Assembly: GCA_050011095.1 (NCBI GenBank) | Contig: JBEKJU010000002.1 | Location: 1 to 44,942 of the forward strand | Direction: 5' to 3' | Origin: Syntrophorhabdales bacterium | GTDB lineage: Bacteria > Desulfobacterota > Syntrophorhabdia > Syntrophorhabdales > WCHB1-27 | Length of the DNA stretch: 44,942 nucleotides | Shown: positions 1-9,344 of the stretch, piece by piece | Position numbering within the stretch: position 1 is the stretch's first letter | How the letters are laid out: each line of letters starts with the position of its first letter | The notes under the pieces: generated by a model | Told to the model about the DNA's origin: nothing | Database searches by the model: none | The model's input: the letters and a program-made list of their open reading frames with translations, nothing else | Made by a program: the position numbers and the translations under genes

Positions 1-20
1 AAAGGGCCTTACAGGAAAAG

Positions 21-389
21 ATGGAGCGGCTGGGCATCCAGGAATCGGACATAGTGGAGCGCTTCGTCCGGTCGAGCGGCCACGGGGGACAGAACGTCAA
101 CAAGGTGGCGACCTGCGTCTATCTGAAGCACCTTCCCACGGGCATCGAGGTAAAGTGCCAAAGGGAGCGTCATCAGGCCGTAAACCGTTTTTTTGCGAGA
201 AGGCTCCTCGTTCAGAAGATAGAAAACATGATCCTCGGCAGGGCAAGCGAGGAACAGCAGAGGATAGAAAGGATAAGACGGCAGAAAAGGCGGCGCTCCA
301 GGCGCGCCCAGGAAAAGGTGCTGGAGATGAAGCACCTCCAGACGCGAAAGAAAAGGGAGCGCTCCAAGCCGGACCTGTCGGACTACTGA
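21..389 (+). CDS. Small GGQ-motif release-factor-domain protein (ArfB/ICT1-like peptidyl-tRNA hydrolase candidate)
   Basis: 122-aa ORF with an SSGHGGQNVNKV motif typical of the class-I RF/ArfB catalytic domain, followed by a strongly basic K/R-rich C-terminal tail. The frame stays open back to base 3, so the true start may lie upstream of the window. Confidence 0.7.
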   Translation: MERLGIQESDIVERFVRSSGHGGQNVNKVATCVYLKHLPTGIEVKCQRERHQAVNRFFARRLLVQKIENMILGRASEEQQRIERIRRQKRRRSRRAQEKVLEMKHLQTRKKRERSKPDLSDY

Positions 390-415
390 TGCGCCCCGGC
401 GAGCGCCTATTATCA

Positions 416-444
416 TTGACAGGGGTTGGAACTTCCTGTATTAT
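416..444 (+). promoter_or_regulatory. Candidate sigma-70 promoter for the tRNA-Gly/tRNA-Cys pair
   Basis: TTGACA (416-421), 17-nt spacer, TATTAT (439-444), about 11 nt upstream of the tRNA-Gly 5' end. Confidence 0.55.
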
Positions 445-455
445 TAAAGCAGAAT

Positions 456-530
<75 letters not shown>

Positions 531-533
531 GAT

Positions 534-605
534 GGCGGCATAGCCAAGTGGTAAGGCAGCGGTCTGCAAAACCGTTATTCTCCGGTTCAAATCCGGATGC
601 CGCCT
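534..605 (+). tRNA. tRNA-Cys (anticodon GCA)
   Basis: Acceptor GGCGGCA/TGCCGCC, anticodon loop CTGCAAA, T-arm TCCGG-TTCAAAT-CCGGA. No encoded CCA. Confidence 0.9.
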
Positions 606-809
606 TTCTTAAACCCCCGCAATTTTCAGCCTGGAATCAGATTTTGCCGGTATGAGTTTCTGAATATGTTTCGGAGTTTTCCAACGGATTTATAACGGCG
701 TTGCAAGGTCCCGCCCAATGCCGCGACGCCCGAAGGAGAACCCGCGACGGGTCGTTTGTGAAGGCAAAAACGGAAAAAAATGAAGGGGTGTCCTTAGGTC
801 GTTCCTTTC

Positions 810-1298
810 CTATTCGACGATGAAATCCCAGGCGGAGTCGTTGATCCACAGACAGTAATATCCCCTTCCGAAGAGCCTCTTCGGCCTCACGGTATAGAAG
901 GTGTCGTTCTTCTTCTTCACCTCGATCCCGACCTCCTTGCCGATCATGAAACGGCCCCTGCCGAGGGAGGACTGGCTCATGAAAACGAGGTTGTTGAGCG
1001 TAAGGTATTTCATTTCGTGCCTGCCCGCGAAAACGAAATACCCGATATCGTGCAAGGAGAAGCGCGGGGGGTTATTGCCCTCGACGTAGAGTATGCCTTT
1101 TTCCTCGAGGACAATATTGGGAAGGATGCGCACGAGTTTTTTCGATGTCTTGACGTAGACGCCGTATTCCCCGGGCATGCCTCTGTTTTCCGTCGCCCCA
1201 CGGAGATACCCGGCAAAAACGAGGCCCGCGACGACCGGGACGACGGCATAACGAAGCAGCATTCGCGCGATGCTCACCCGGACCCCCCCCTCTTTCAC
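810..1298 (-). CDS. Hypothetical membrane-anchored protein
   Basis: 162-aa ORF with one N-terminal hydrophobic helix (LLRYAVVPVVAGLVFAGY). Its GTG start overlaps the yjbQ-like stop (GTGA), suggesting translational coupling. I recognise no family. Confidence 0.5.
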   Translation of the reverse strand: MKEGGVRVSIARMLLRYAVVPVVAGLVFAGYLRGATENRGMPGEYGVYVKTSKKLVRILPNIVLEEKGILYVEGNNPPRFSLHDIGYFVFAGRHEMKYLTLNNLVFMSQSSLGRGRFMIGKEVGIEVKKKNDTFYTVRPKRLFGRGYYCLWINDSAWDFIVE

Positions 1299-1687
1299 GT
1301 GACCGTAGTCACGACGACCTTTCTTTCCCGGGGCCCGTCGAACTCCATGAGGTAGATGCCCTGCCAGGTCCCGAGCACGAGCCTGCCCGCGGACAAAGGA
1401 AGGACGAGGGAAGAGCCGACGAGGGAAGACTTGATGTGGGCATCGGAATTCCCCTCTCCGTGTCCGTAAGGGTAGTTTTCGGGCACAAGCCTGGTTAACG
1501 CGTCCATCACGTCCTTCATCACCGCCGGGTCGGCGTTCTCGTTAATGGTGAGCCCGCACGTGGTATGGAGGCAGAAGAGCTGGACGGATCGGCCCTCTTT
1601 GCCGTCCACGGCTTCCCTCACCTCGTCCGTGATGTCACGGGCCTCTATCCTTCGCGATGTCCGTATCCTCAGCTCGACCATCCCCAA
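1295..1687 (-). CDS. YjbQ/UPF0047 family protein (secondary thiamine-phosphate synthase-like)
   Basis: 130 aa with CLHTTCGLTINENADP and HIKSSLVGSSLVLP motifs characteristic of UPF0047/YjbQ. Confidence 0.8.
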   Translation of the reverse strand: MGMVELRIRTSRRIEARDITDEVREAVDGKEGRSVQLFCLHTTCGLTINENADPAVMKDVMDALTRLVPENYPYGHGEGNSDAHIKSSLVGSSLVLPLSAGRLVLGTWQGIYLMEFDGPRERKVVVTTVT

Positions 1688-1814
1688 TTCTACCTTACGG
1701 CAAGGCCCATATCAACACTTAAATCGGCGAATATCCGGCACGCCGTCCCGGCGGGACGGCCGTCTCCAAAGGGCCTCCTCGCCATCGCGGCCTCAGGCCC
1801 AAGCGAGCAAGTAC

Positions 1815-1844
1815 TTGAAAAAGTGTAGATTAGAATTCTATAAT
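1815..1844 (+). promoter_or_regulatory. Candidate sigma-70 promoter of the xseB-ispA-dxs operon
   Basis: TTGAAA (1815-1820), 18-nt spacer, TATAAT (1839-1844). The xseB ATG lies only 7 nt downstream of the -10 element. Confidence 0.5.
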
Positions 1845-1850
1845 GATGGA

Positions 1851-2072
1851 ATGAAATTTGAAGAAGGACTACACAAGCTCGAAGACATAGTAAGCACCCT
1901 TGACGAGGGGCAGATTCCGCTCGATGACGCGCTTCGCCTGTTCAAGGAAGGCATGGGCCTCACGAAGGAGCTCTCGAAGACGCTCGATGATATAGAACGC
2001 AAGGTGGAGATCCTCGTGAAGAAGGAAGATGGCTCCATGGAGAAAAGGCCCTTCCTGCAGGAAGAAGAATAG
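1851..2072 (+). CDS. xseB: Exodeoxyribonuclease VII small subunit
   Basis: 73-aa product MKFEEGLHKLEDIVSTLDEGQIPLDDALRLFKEGMGL matches the XseB pattern. It occupies the conserved position upstream of ispA-dxs. This is the C-terminal part of the longer tracked ORF 1545..2072. Confidence 0.85.
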   Translation: MKFEEGLHKLEDIVSTLDEGQIPLDDALRLFKEGMGLTKELSKTLDDIERKVEILVKKEDGSMEKRPFLQEEE

Positions 2073-2953
2073 TGGACCTGACGAGTTTTCTCGCCGAAAA
2101 GAGGGTGCTCGTGGAGAACGAGCTGAGGTCGATCTTCTCGGCGCTCCCGCCTTCTTCCCGGATACTCGTGGATGCAATGGAGCACAGCCTGTTCTCGGAG
2201 GGGAAAAGGATCAGGCCCGGTCTCGCCATAGCAGCGTGCGAGGCCATGGATGGCGACGCGAAGGCCGTGCTGCCCTTTGCCGCCGCCCTCGAGATGATCC
2301 ATACCTATTCGCTCATCCACGACGACCTCCCCTGCATGGACGACGATGACGTGAGGCGGGGCAAGCCCACGTGCCACAAGATGTTCGGAGAGGCGGTCGC
2401 CCTCCTGGCGGGAGACGCCCTGCTCACCGAGGCCTTCCGGGTCATGGCCGATCCGCGCCGTTCAGGCGTCTCACCGACAATCACGCAGAAGGTGATCTAT
2501 GAGATCGCCCTCGGAGCGGGCGCCGCCGGCATGGTTGGCGGCCAGACCATGGACGTCGTCTACGAGGGCAAGAAGGGGACGAAGAGGATCGTCAATTTCA
2601 TCCACCGCGGGAAGACGAGCGCCCTCATCAGGGCGGCGGTCCTGGCCGGCGCCCTCGTGGGCAATGCGAAGGGAAAGGAGCTCAAGGGTTTCGCGACCTA
2701 CGGCGAATCGGTCGGCCTCGCCTTTCAGATCAGGGACGACCTCCTCGATGTGGAGGGCACCGAGGCGGAGGTAGGAAAAAAACTGAAGAAGGATATGGAA
2801 AAACAGACCTATGTGAGGTACTACGGCGTTTCCGCCTCCAAGGCGCGGATAGAGGCCCTTGTGGACAAGGCCGTCGCGTCCGTCCGGTTTCTCGGCGCGA
2901 AGGCGGACATGCTCGTAAAGATCGCGAATTTTATCGGTCGCAGGTCCTTCTGA
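2072..2953 (+). CDS. ispA: Polyprenyl (farnesyl/geranylgeranyl) diphosphate synthase
   Basis: 293 aa with the first DDxxD region LIHDDLPCMDDDDVRRGKPTCH and the second FQIRDDLLD. GTG start overlaps the xseB stop by 1 nt. Confidence 0.85.
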   Translation: MDLTSFLAEKRVLVENELRSIFSALPPSSRILVDAMEHSLFSEGKRIRPGLAIAACEAMDGDAKAVLPFAAALEMIHTYSLIHDDLPCMDDDDVRRGKPTCHKMFGEAVALLAGDALLTEAFRVMADPRRSGVSPTITQKVIYEIALGAGAAGMVGGQTMDVVYEGKKGTKRIVNFIHRGKTSALIRAAVLAGALVGNAKGKELKGFATYGESVGLAFQIRDDLLDVEGTEAEVGKKLKKDMEKQTYVRYYGVSASKARIEALVDKAVASVRFLGAKADMLVKIANFIGRRSF

Positions 2954-4821
2954 TGCTGCTCGATTCCATCACTACACCCCGCGATATCAGGGAGCTGAAC
3001 CCCACCCAGTTACAAGCCCTTGCCGACGAGATCAGGGAGGTCATTATCCGGACGATCTCGAAGACGGGGGGCCACCTCTCGTCCAATCTCGGCGTCGTCG
3101 AGCTTACCCTTGCCCTCCATCACGTATTTGATACGCCCCACGACAGGATCGTCTGGGATGTGGGACACCAGTGCTACACGCACAAGATCCTCACGGAAAG
3201 AAAGGACCTTTTCGCCACGATCAGGCAAAACGGGGGCCTCTCGGGCTTCCCCTGCAGAAAAGAGAGTGTTTACGACGCCTTTGATACGGGACACGCGAGC
3301 AACTCCATCTCGATAGCCACGGGGTTAGCCGAGGCAAAGCGGAAGAGAAACCAGGACCACCGCATCATCGCGGTCATCGGGGACGGCTCCCTTACGGGCG
3401 GCATGTCCTTCGAGGCCTTGAACCATGCGGGACACATGAAGAGCGATATCATCGTCGTCCTGAACGACAACGAGATGTCCATCTCGAAGAACGTCGGCGC
3501 CCTCTCCGCCCATCTCAACAGGATCATGACGGGCGAATTCATGGTCACCCTGAGGGAGGACATCAAGCAGGCGATCAGGAACCTGCCAGCCTTCGGGGAC
3601 AAGGTCTACAAGGCCGCCCGCTATTTCGAGGAGGCGGTGAAGGGCTTCGTGACGCCGGGCCTCCTTTTCGAGGAGCTTGGCTTTCAGTACGTGGGCCCCG
3701 TGGACGGCCACAACCTGAGCCACCTGATCCTCACCCTCACGAACGTGAAGAGGCTGAAGGGCCCCATCCTGGTCCACGCCGTCACGAAGAAGGGGAAGGG
3801 ATACGGGCCTGCGGAAAGAGACCCCGCTCTGTTTCACGGTATTTCCCGGTTCGACGTCACGAGCGGCGAGCCGGTCCAGGGCGGAAACCGGACGTTTACC
3901 GACGTGTTCGGTGAAACGGTGGTGGAGCTGGCGAGGAGGGACGAAAGGATCGTCGCGATCACCGCCGCAATGGGGCTCGGCACGGGTCTCGAACAATTCT
4001 CGAAACTTTTCCCCGACCGCTTCTATGATATCGGTATCGCCGAGGCCCATGGCGTGACCTTTGCCGCCGCCCTCGCCCTGGGGGGGATGAAGCCCTTTGT
4101 GGCCATGTACTCCACATTCCTCCAGCGCGGCTTCGACCAGATCATCGAGGATGTCTGCCTCCAGGAGCTGCCCGTCGTCTTCGCCATCGACAGGAGCGGC
4201 ATCGTCGGCCAGGACGGCCCGACGCATCACGGCAGTTTCGACCTGTCCTACCTGCGCCACATCCCCAACATGGTGATAATGAGCCCCAAGGACGAGAACG
4301 AGCTGAAACAGATGCTCTTTTCCGCATCCCTCTACGGGTGTCCCGTCTCCGTCCGCTATCCACGGGGAGAGGCGATAGGCGTCCCCGTGGATAGGGATTT
4401 CAAGGAGATCCCCCTCGGGACATGGGAGCTTCTCAGGACGGGGGCCGATATCGCCCTTATCGGATGCGGGCCCGTCGTCCATTCATGCCTCCTCGCGGCC
4501 GATGAGCTTGAAAAAGAGGAGGGCATCCATTGCTCGGTGATCAATGGGCGGTTCGCGAAACCCATGGACAAGGAGATGCTCGTCGACGTCGCCCTGCACA
4601 CCCGACGGATAGCGACATTTGAGGAAAATTCGGCCATGGGGGGGTTCGGAAGCGGGGTCATGGAGGTCCTTTCCGAAGAGGGCATCGTCATGCCCGTGAA
4701 AAGAACAGGCTTGCCCGACCGGTTCCTGTCTCACGCATCGCCCAAGCTCCTGAGGCATGAGGTAGGTCTGGATAAGGACGGCATAAAGAAGACCGTAAAG
4801 CATTGGCTAAACTCAGAGTAG
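2953..4821 (+). CDS. dxs: 1-deoxy-D-xylulose-5-phosphate synthase
   Basis: 622 aa with HLSSNLGVVELTLALHHVF and GDGSLTGGMSFEALNHAG (TPP-binding) motifs and a transketolase-like C-terminal half. Confidence 0.95.
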   Translation: MLLDSITTPRDIRELNPTQLQALADEIREVIIRTISKTGGHLSSNLGVVELTLALHHVFDTPHDRIVWDVGHQCYTHKILTERKDLFATIRQNGGLSGFPCRKESVYDAFDTGHASNSISIATGLAEAKRKRNQDHRIIAVIGDGSLTGGMSFEALNHAGHMKSDIIVVLNDNEMSISKNVGALSAHLNRIMTGEFMVTLREDIKQAIRNLPAFGDKVYKAARYFEEAVKGFVTPGLLFEELGFQYVGPVDGHNLSHLILTLTNVKRLKGPILVHAVTKKGKGYGPAERDPALFHGISRFDVTSGEPVQGGNRTFTDVFGETVVELARRDERIVAITAAMGLGTGLEQFSKLFPDRFYDIGIAEAHGVTFAAALALGGMKPFVAMYSTFLQRGFDQIIEDVCLQELPVVFAIDRSGIVGQDGPTHHGSFDLSYLRHIPNMVIMSPKDENELKQMLFSASLYGCPVSVRYPRGEAIGVPVDRDFKEIPLGTWELLRTGADIALIGCGPVVHSCLLAADELEKEEGIHCSVINGRFAKPMDKEMLVDVALHTRRIATFEENSAMGGFGSGVMEVLSEEGIVMPVKRTGLPDRFLSHASPKLLRHEVGLDKDGIKKTVKHWLNSE

Positions 4822-5534
4822 ATATCCTGCTCACCCGAAAAGGTCTCGCCGAATCAAGGGAAAAGGCAAAGATACTCGTCATGGCCGGCGTCGTCTACCT
4901 GAACGGGGAGCGGATCTCCGGGGCCGACAAGGCAGTCGACGAGGATGCCCCGATAGAGGTGCGAAGCAATCCCCTTGTCTATGTCGGCTTTGGCGGCGTC
5001 AAGCTCGAAGAGGCGGTCAGGTGCTTCGGGATAGATATCGCCGGGAAGACGGTCATCGACATAGGCTCTTCCACGGGGGGTTTTGTAGATTATCTGCTCA
5101 AGGCCGGCGCTTCCAGGGTCCATGCCGTTGACGTGGGCACCCATCAGCTCCACGAGAGGCTGAGAGGGGACCCGAGGGTCGTGGTGCGGGAAAACGTGAA
5201 TGCCCGGTACCTTTCGGTCGAGGACATAGGCGAGCGGGCTGATATCGTAACCGTCGACGTCTCCTTCATCTCGCTGAAAAAGATCATCCCGGCGATACTG
5301 CCCCTCCTCGCGCCCCCGGGCCTCCTCATCACGCTCGTCAAGCCCCAGTTCGAGGTGGGAAGATACCAGGTCGGCAAGGGGGGAATCGTGAAGGACGGGG
5401 AGCGGATAAGGGCGGTGATGGACGACATAAGGCAATTCGGCGAGGGGATCGGCCTGCGCGTGAGAAGCGTCTGCGATGCGCCGAGGGAGAGGGAGAGAAA
5501 GAACAGGGAGTACTTTATCCTGTGGGAACGATAA
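4803..5534 (+). CDS. tlyA: TlyA family rRNA 2'-O-methyltransferase
   Basis: 243 aa with an S4-like N-terminus (RVDILLTRKGLAESREKAKILV) and a FtsJ-type SAM motif (VIDIGSSTGGFVDYLL). TTG start overlaps the dxs 3' end. Confidence 0.8.
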   Translation: MAKLRVDILLTRKGLAESREKAKILVMAGVVYLNGERISGADKAVDEDAPIEVRSNPLVYVGFGGVKLEEAVRCFGIDIAGKTVIDIGSSTGGFVDYLLKAGASRVHAVDVGTHQLHERLRGDPRVVVRENVNARYLSVEDIGERADIVTVDVSFISLKKIIPAILPLLAPPGLLITLVKPQFEVGRYQVGKGGIVKDGERIRAVMDDIRQFGEGIGLRVRSVCDAPRERERKNREYFILWER

Positions 5535-6055
5535 AATTTCCTCCCCCGGTCCAATTTTTTGCGAGCATTATCTTCGCCGATTCATGTATACTCTCCGGGG
5601 TGGAGGAGGAACTCACGCGGGTGATCGGCCCCATAGGAGAAAGGACGGACGTCATGGCCTTTTCCCAGTCGGATTACTATTGCCCCGAGATGGGCGGGGG
5701 GCTCCGGCGCTATTTTCTGCTCTTCGAGCCCCTCCTCGACAGGGACATGCTCGCCCCCGTCAAACTCGCGACGAACGGGGTAGAGCACCTGCGGTCAAAT
5801 GACGGGCGGCGCGCGGTCAATGTGGACCCCGGATATCTCGCCCTCGAACACGTCGTCCTCGGCACCACCAAGGGGTACTCCCACAGGATCTACCTGGGGA
5901 GAGGCATTTTTGCCGATCTTACCCTGCTTTTCGAGAACGGCAGCTATCGCGCCATGAAGTGGACCTACCCCGACTATGGGAGCGGTCCGGTGATCCGCCT
6001 TATGAACGGGTGGAGAGAACATTATAAGAGGGTGCTACGATGCCAAGGAGCATGA
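5522..6055 (+). CDS. DUF4416 family protein
   Basis: 177 aa. The pattern VNVDPGYL..HVVLGTTKGYSHRIYLG matches my recollection of DUF4416. The gene overlaps both neighbours. Confidence 0.55.
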   Translation: MGTIKFPPPVQFFASIIFADSCILSGVEEELTRVIGPIGERTDVMAFSQSDYYCPEMGGGLRRYFLLFEPLLDRDMLAPVKLATNGVEHLRSNDGRRAVNVDPGYLALEHVVLGTTKGYSHRIYLGRGIFADLTLLFENGSYRAMKWTYPDYGSGPVIRLMNGWREHYKRVLRCQGA

Positions 6056-6903
6056 CCGGCTTTTCAAGGGCCGAGGTGGCAAGCGGCGAAGGCAAGTGCT
6101 ACGGAGAAGCGCGCTCGCTCAACAGTCGCTACCTGGAGGTCTCGCTGAAGCTGCCCAGGAGCGCCTCCGGCTATGAGTCCAGGCTGCGGGAGACGGCCAG
6201 GCGGCACGTCAGGCGGGGCAGGCTGGATATCATGATGAAGTGGGATAAGGGCGATGAGTATCCGGCCGCGCCGAGGGCGAATGAAGAGGCGATCGCGTGG
6301 TACGTCGCCCTTGCGGAGCGTCTGAAAGGGTCGTACGGGCTCAAAGGGGACCTGACGGTCACCGATGTGCTGAATCTCAAGGATATCCTGATCTATGAGG
6401 AAAAAACGGCCCCGGAAGAATTGCTCTTCTCGTGCATGGAGGCCTTGCTTTCGAAGCTGAACGAGGAGCGCGAGAGGGAAGGGGAGCTGATAAAACAGGA
6501 CCTCCTCGGGAGGGTGGCGCAGATCGAGGCCCACGTGGAGGAGATCGAAGAGCGCTGGCCCGAGGCCATCAAGAACCACGAGGAGAGGCTTCGCCAGAAG
6601 GTGCTGGAGCTAGCCGGCGCCCTCGTCGACGAGGCGAGGATTCTCCAGGAAATGGGGTTTTACATGGAACGCCTCGACATAGCCGAGGAGGTCGCGAGGC
6701 TGAAGGGGCACGTCCGCCATTTCACCGACACCCTTCACTCCGCCGACGAGATCGGCCGCAAGCTCGATTTCATTATTCAGGAAATGGTGAGGGAAACGAA
6801 CACCATCGCCAGTAAGTCGAACGATCTCGCCATCGGCGAGAGGGCAATCCGGATCAAGGTGGAAATAGAGAAGATGCGGGAGCAGGTCCAGAATGTCGAA
6901 TAG
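6040..6903 (+). CDS. yicC: YicC/YloC family endoribonuclease
   Basis: 287 aa. The N-terminus MPRSMTGFSR parallels the E. coli YicC MIRSMTAY, and the C-terminal KLDFIIQEMVRETNTIASKSND motif is present. An AGAGGG RBS sits 7 nt upstream. Confidence 0.8.
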   Translation: MPRSMTGFSRAEVASGEGKCYGEARSLNSRYLEVSLKLPRSASGYESRLRETARRHVRRGRLDIMMKWDKGDEYPAAPRANEEAIAWYVALAERLKGSYGLKGDLTVTDVLNLKDILIYEEKTAPEELLFSCMEALLSKLNEEREREGELIKQDLLGRVAQIEAHVEEIEERWPEAIKNHEERLRQKVLELAGALVDEARILQEMGFYMERLDIAEEVARLKGHVRHFTDTLHSADEIGRKLDFIIQEMVRETNTIASKSNDLAIGERAIRIKVEIEKMREQVQNVE

Positions 6904-7474
6904 GAAAGGCCACCTCTTCGTCGTTTCCGGTCCCTCTGGTACGGGGAAGAGCAGCATCATCGAAAAATTCCTGAAGGAGGACGGGCGGAGTCGCTTTTCC
7001 GTCTCCTGCACGACCCGCCCCCGGCGGGAGCACGAACTCGACGGGCGCGATTACCGTTTTGTCGGCGAAGAGGAGTTTCGCGCCATGGTCGCCCGCGGCG
7101 AGTTCCTGGAATACGAGAACGTCCACGGCCACTTCTACGGCACGCCCGTCCGGGAGGTCTCGGGGCCCCTTTCCGAGGGCATAGACGTGATTCTCGACAT
7201 CGACGTGAAAGGCGCCCTCGCCGTCAAGGAAAACTGGCCGGATGCCGTGCTGATATTCGTCGATACGCGCACTCAGGACGAGCTTGTCAGGCGGCTCACC
7301 GCCCGCGGGGAAAAGGAGATAGAGAAGCGGATGCAGCGCGTGCGAGAGGAGGTGGCAAAAAAGGGCCTCTTTACTTATGTCGTGATAAATGATACCCTTG
7401 ATAACGCATACGGCGCGTTTGCGTCTCTCGTCGCCGGCGTAAGGAGGCAGCAGGATGGCCAGGATAACCGTTGA
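6893..7474 (+). CDS. gmk: Guanylate kinase
   Basis: 193 aa with P-loop GPSGTGKSS and [18 protein letters not shown]. Lies in the conserved yicC-gmk-rpoZ order. Confidence 0.9.
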   Translation: MSNRKGHLFVVSGPSGTGKSSIIEKFLKEDGRSRFSVSCTTRPRREHELDGRDYRFVGEEEFRAMVARGEFLEYENVHGHFYGTPVREVSGPLSEGIDVILDIDVKGALAVKENWPDAVLIFVDTRTQDELVRRLTARGEKEIEKRMQRVREEVAKKGLFTYVVINDTLDNAYGAFASLVAGVRRQQDGQDNR

Positions 7475-7694
7475 AGACTGCATGGATAAGGTTGAAAACC
7501 GCTTCGAGCTTGTCCACCTCGCTGCGAAGAGATCGAAACAGCTCGTCAAGGGCTCAAGGCCCCTGGTCAAATCGTCAAACAGGGAAGTCGTGACGTCCCT
7601 GCGGGAGATCGCGGCAGGGGAGGTCTATTTCGAGAAGAAGCACGACCTGGAAGAGAAAGAAATCCCCTATCAGCTCTCGAACTTCGCCCCGTAA
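7455..7694 (+). CDS. rpoZ: DNA-directed RNA polymerase subunit omega
   Basis: 79 aa, [30 protein letters not shown] is the canonical RpoZ N-terminus. Confidence 0.85.
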   Translation: MARITVEDCMDKVENRFELVHLAAKRSKQLVKGSRPLVKSSNREVVTSLREIAAGEVYFEKKHDLEEKEIPYQLSNFAP

Positions 7695-7702
7695 TTGCAA
7701 CC

Positions 7703-7842
7703 ATCATTGGGGCTCGCGTCGCCCCCTCCGTGAGCAAAGCTCACGGAGCCTCCCCTTCATAAAAAGGAAAAACCGAAACCGAAAAAAGGCGCCTGCCGGG
7801 CTAGCGTCGCCCCCTCGAATGGCGCAGCCATTGGCCTCTCAC
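7703..7842. repeat. Composite intergenic repeat, locus 1 (family A)
   Basis: ATCATTGGGGCTCGCGTCGCCCC, then a perfect hairpin CTCCGTGAGC-AAA-GCTCACGGAG (7726-7748), then CCTCCCCTTCATAAAAAGGA, an A-rich tract, a second core GGGCTAGCGTCGCCCC and a short hairpin. The same modules recur at 9245, 11200 and 40668. Confidence 0.75.
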
Positions 7843-7846
7843 CCGC

Positions 7847-9220
7847 CTATTTCGGAAAGATCTTCCCCGGATTGAGGATATTGTTCGGGTCGAAGAGCTG
7901 TTTGACCCGCTTCATCGTGGCCATCACCTCATCTGAGAGTTCCATGCCCAGATAGGGCGCCTTCGAGAGGCCGATGCCGTGCTCGCCCGACATGGTTCCG
8001 CCAAGGCGGAGGGCCTCGGAGAAAATCTCCTTCACCGCCTCTTCGGCGCTCGCCCGGTCCTTCGGCGTATCCTTGATCATAATGCTCACGTGAAAATTTC
8101 CGTCGCCTGCATGGCCGAAACTGAGGATCGGCACGCCGAACTTCTTCTCCATGCGCTCCAGGGAACGGATGAACGTGGGAATTTCCGAGCGGGGTACGAC
8201 GACATCCTCGGCTATTTTCACGGGATTCAGGTTGAATGTGGCCTGCGATAGCACCCTTCTGGCCTGCCACAGCCTGTCGGCCTCGACCGGGTCCTCCGTC
8301 AGATCGCAGCGGATTGCATGGTGCCTGCCCGCGATGGCCCGGACCTTCTCGGCCTGCGCAAGGGCCGATTCCCTGGTCCCATCGACCTCGATCAAAAGAA
8401 GGCCGCCCACGCCCCCGGGCAGGCCCATGGGCGATGCCTGCTCGCTGCACATGATCGACGATTTATCCATGAACTCCATGGTTGACGGCACGACCCTCTC
8501 CGCAATGATGGCGGAGACCGTCTGGGCCGCCTCCTCGACCTCGCTGAAAAGGGCGAGAATCGTCGCCTTTGCCTCGGGCAGGGGGATGAGCCTGAGGGTG
8601 ATCCTCGTGACGATGCCCAGGGTGCCTTCGCTCCCCACGAAAAGCCTCGTGAGGTCGTAGCCGACCACGCCCTTCATGGTTCTCACGCCCAGGTTCAGTA
8701 TCTCGCCCGTGGGCAGCACGACTTCCAGGCCGAGCACGTAGTCCCTTGTCACGCCGTATTTCAGTGAGTTGGGACCTCCTGCGCATTCCGCCACATTCCC
8801 CCCGATGCTCGAATATTTGTACGAGGCGGGATCGGGGGGGTAAAAGAGCCCCTTTTTCGCGACCTCTTCCTGGAGAAGAAAGGTGATGACGCCCGGCTCG
8901 ACCACGGCGACGAGGTTTGCCGTATCGATCTCCAGTATCCGGTTCATTCGCGTAAACGACAGGACGACCCCGCCGTTCACGGGCACCGAGCCCCCTGTCA
9001 GGCCTGTACCCTGGCCCCTAGGTATGACGGGGAAGAGATGCCTGTTCGCGAGGGTGAGTATGGCGGATACCTCCCCGGCGGATGAGGGAAAAACGACAAG
9101 GTCGGGAAGGTCGCCCTCCGTCCTTCCGTCATAGGAATAGCATTTACGCTCCTCCTCCGATGCCTTGACATTCCCCGGCCCGGTGATTGCCTCGATCTCC
9201 TTGATAATCTCGGAATCCAT
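7847..9220 (-). CDS. FAD-linked oxidase (GlcD / D-lactate dehydrogenase family)
   Basis: FAD-binding PCMH-type N-terminus (VVFPSSAGEVSAILTLANRHLFPVIPRGQGTGLTGGSVP) and C-terminal GGTMSGEHGIGLSK. I place the start at ATG 9220 (MDSEIIKEI) with a GGAAAGGG RBS. The tracked ORF start at 9283 reads into the repeat. Confidence 0.8.
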   Translation of the reverse strand: MDSEIIKEIEAITGPGNVKASEEERKCYSYDGRTEGDLPDLVVFPSSAGEVSAILTLANRHLFPVIPRGQGTGLTGGSVPVNGGVVLSFTRMNRILEIDTANLVAVVEPGVITFLLQEEVAKKGLFYPPDPASYKYSSIGGNVAECAGGPNSLKYGVTRDYVLGLEVVLPTGEILNLGVRTMKGVVGYDLTRLFVGSEGTLGIVTRITLRLIPLPEAKATILALFSEVEEAAQTVSAIIAERVVPSTMEFMDKSSIMCSEQASPMGLPGGVGGLLLIEVDGTRESALAQAEKVRAIAGRHHAIRCDLTEDPVEADRLWQARRVLSQATFNLNPVKIAEDVVVPRSEIPTFIRSLERMEKKFGVPILSFGHAGDGNFHVSIMIKDTPKDRASAEEAVKEIFSEALRLGGTMSGEHGIGLSKAPYLGMELSDEVMATMKRVKQLFDPNNILNPGKIFPK

Positions 9221-9244
9221 CGATCTTGCCCTTTCCTTCAATAT

Positions 9245-9344
9245 ATTGGGGCTAGCGTCGCCCCCTCCGTGAGCGAAGCTCACGGAGCCTCCCCTTCATA
9301 AAAAAGAAGGGGCGGAGGCGAAAAAGCCCCGTTGGCTAGCGTCT
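9245..9344. repeat. Composite intergenic repeat, locus 2 (family A)
   Basis: ATTGGGGCTAGCGTCGCCCC, hairpin CTCCGTGAGC-GAA-GCTCACGGAG (9265-9287), CCTCCCCTTCATAAAAAAGAAGGGGCGGAGGCGAAAAA, then a second GGCTAGCGTC core that continues into the MITE-like element. Confidence 0.75.

Noticed and set aside
606-809. Possible integrated element or att site next to tRNA-Cys
   Set aside because: There is no integrase, no duplication of the tRNA 3' end and no compositional break. This is only a 200-nt spacer before an ordinary convergent gene.
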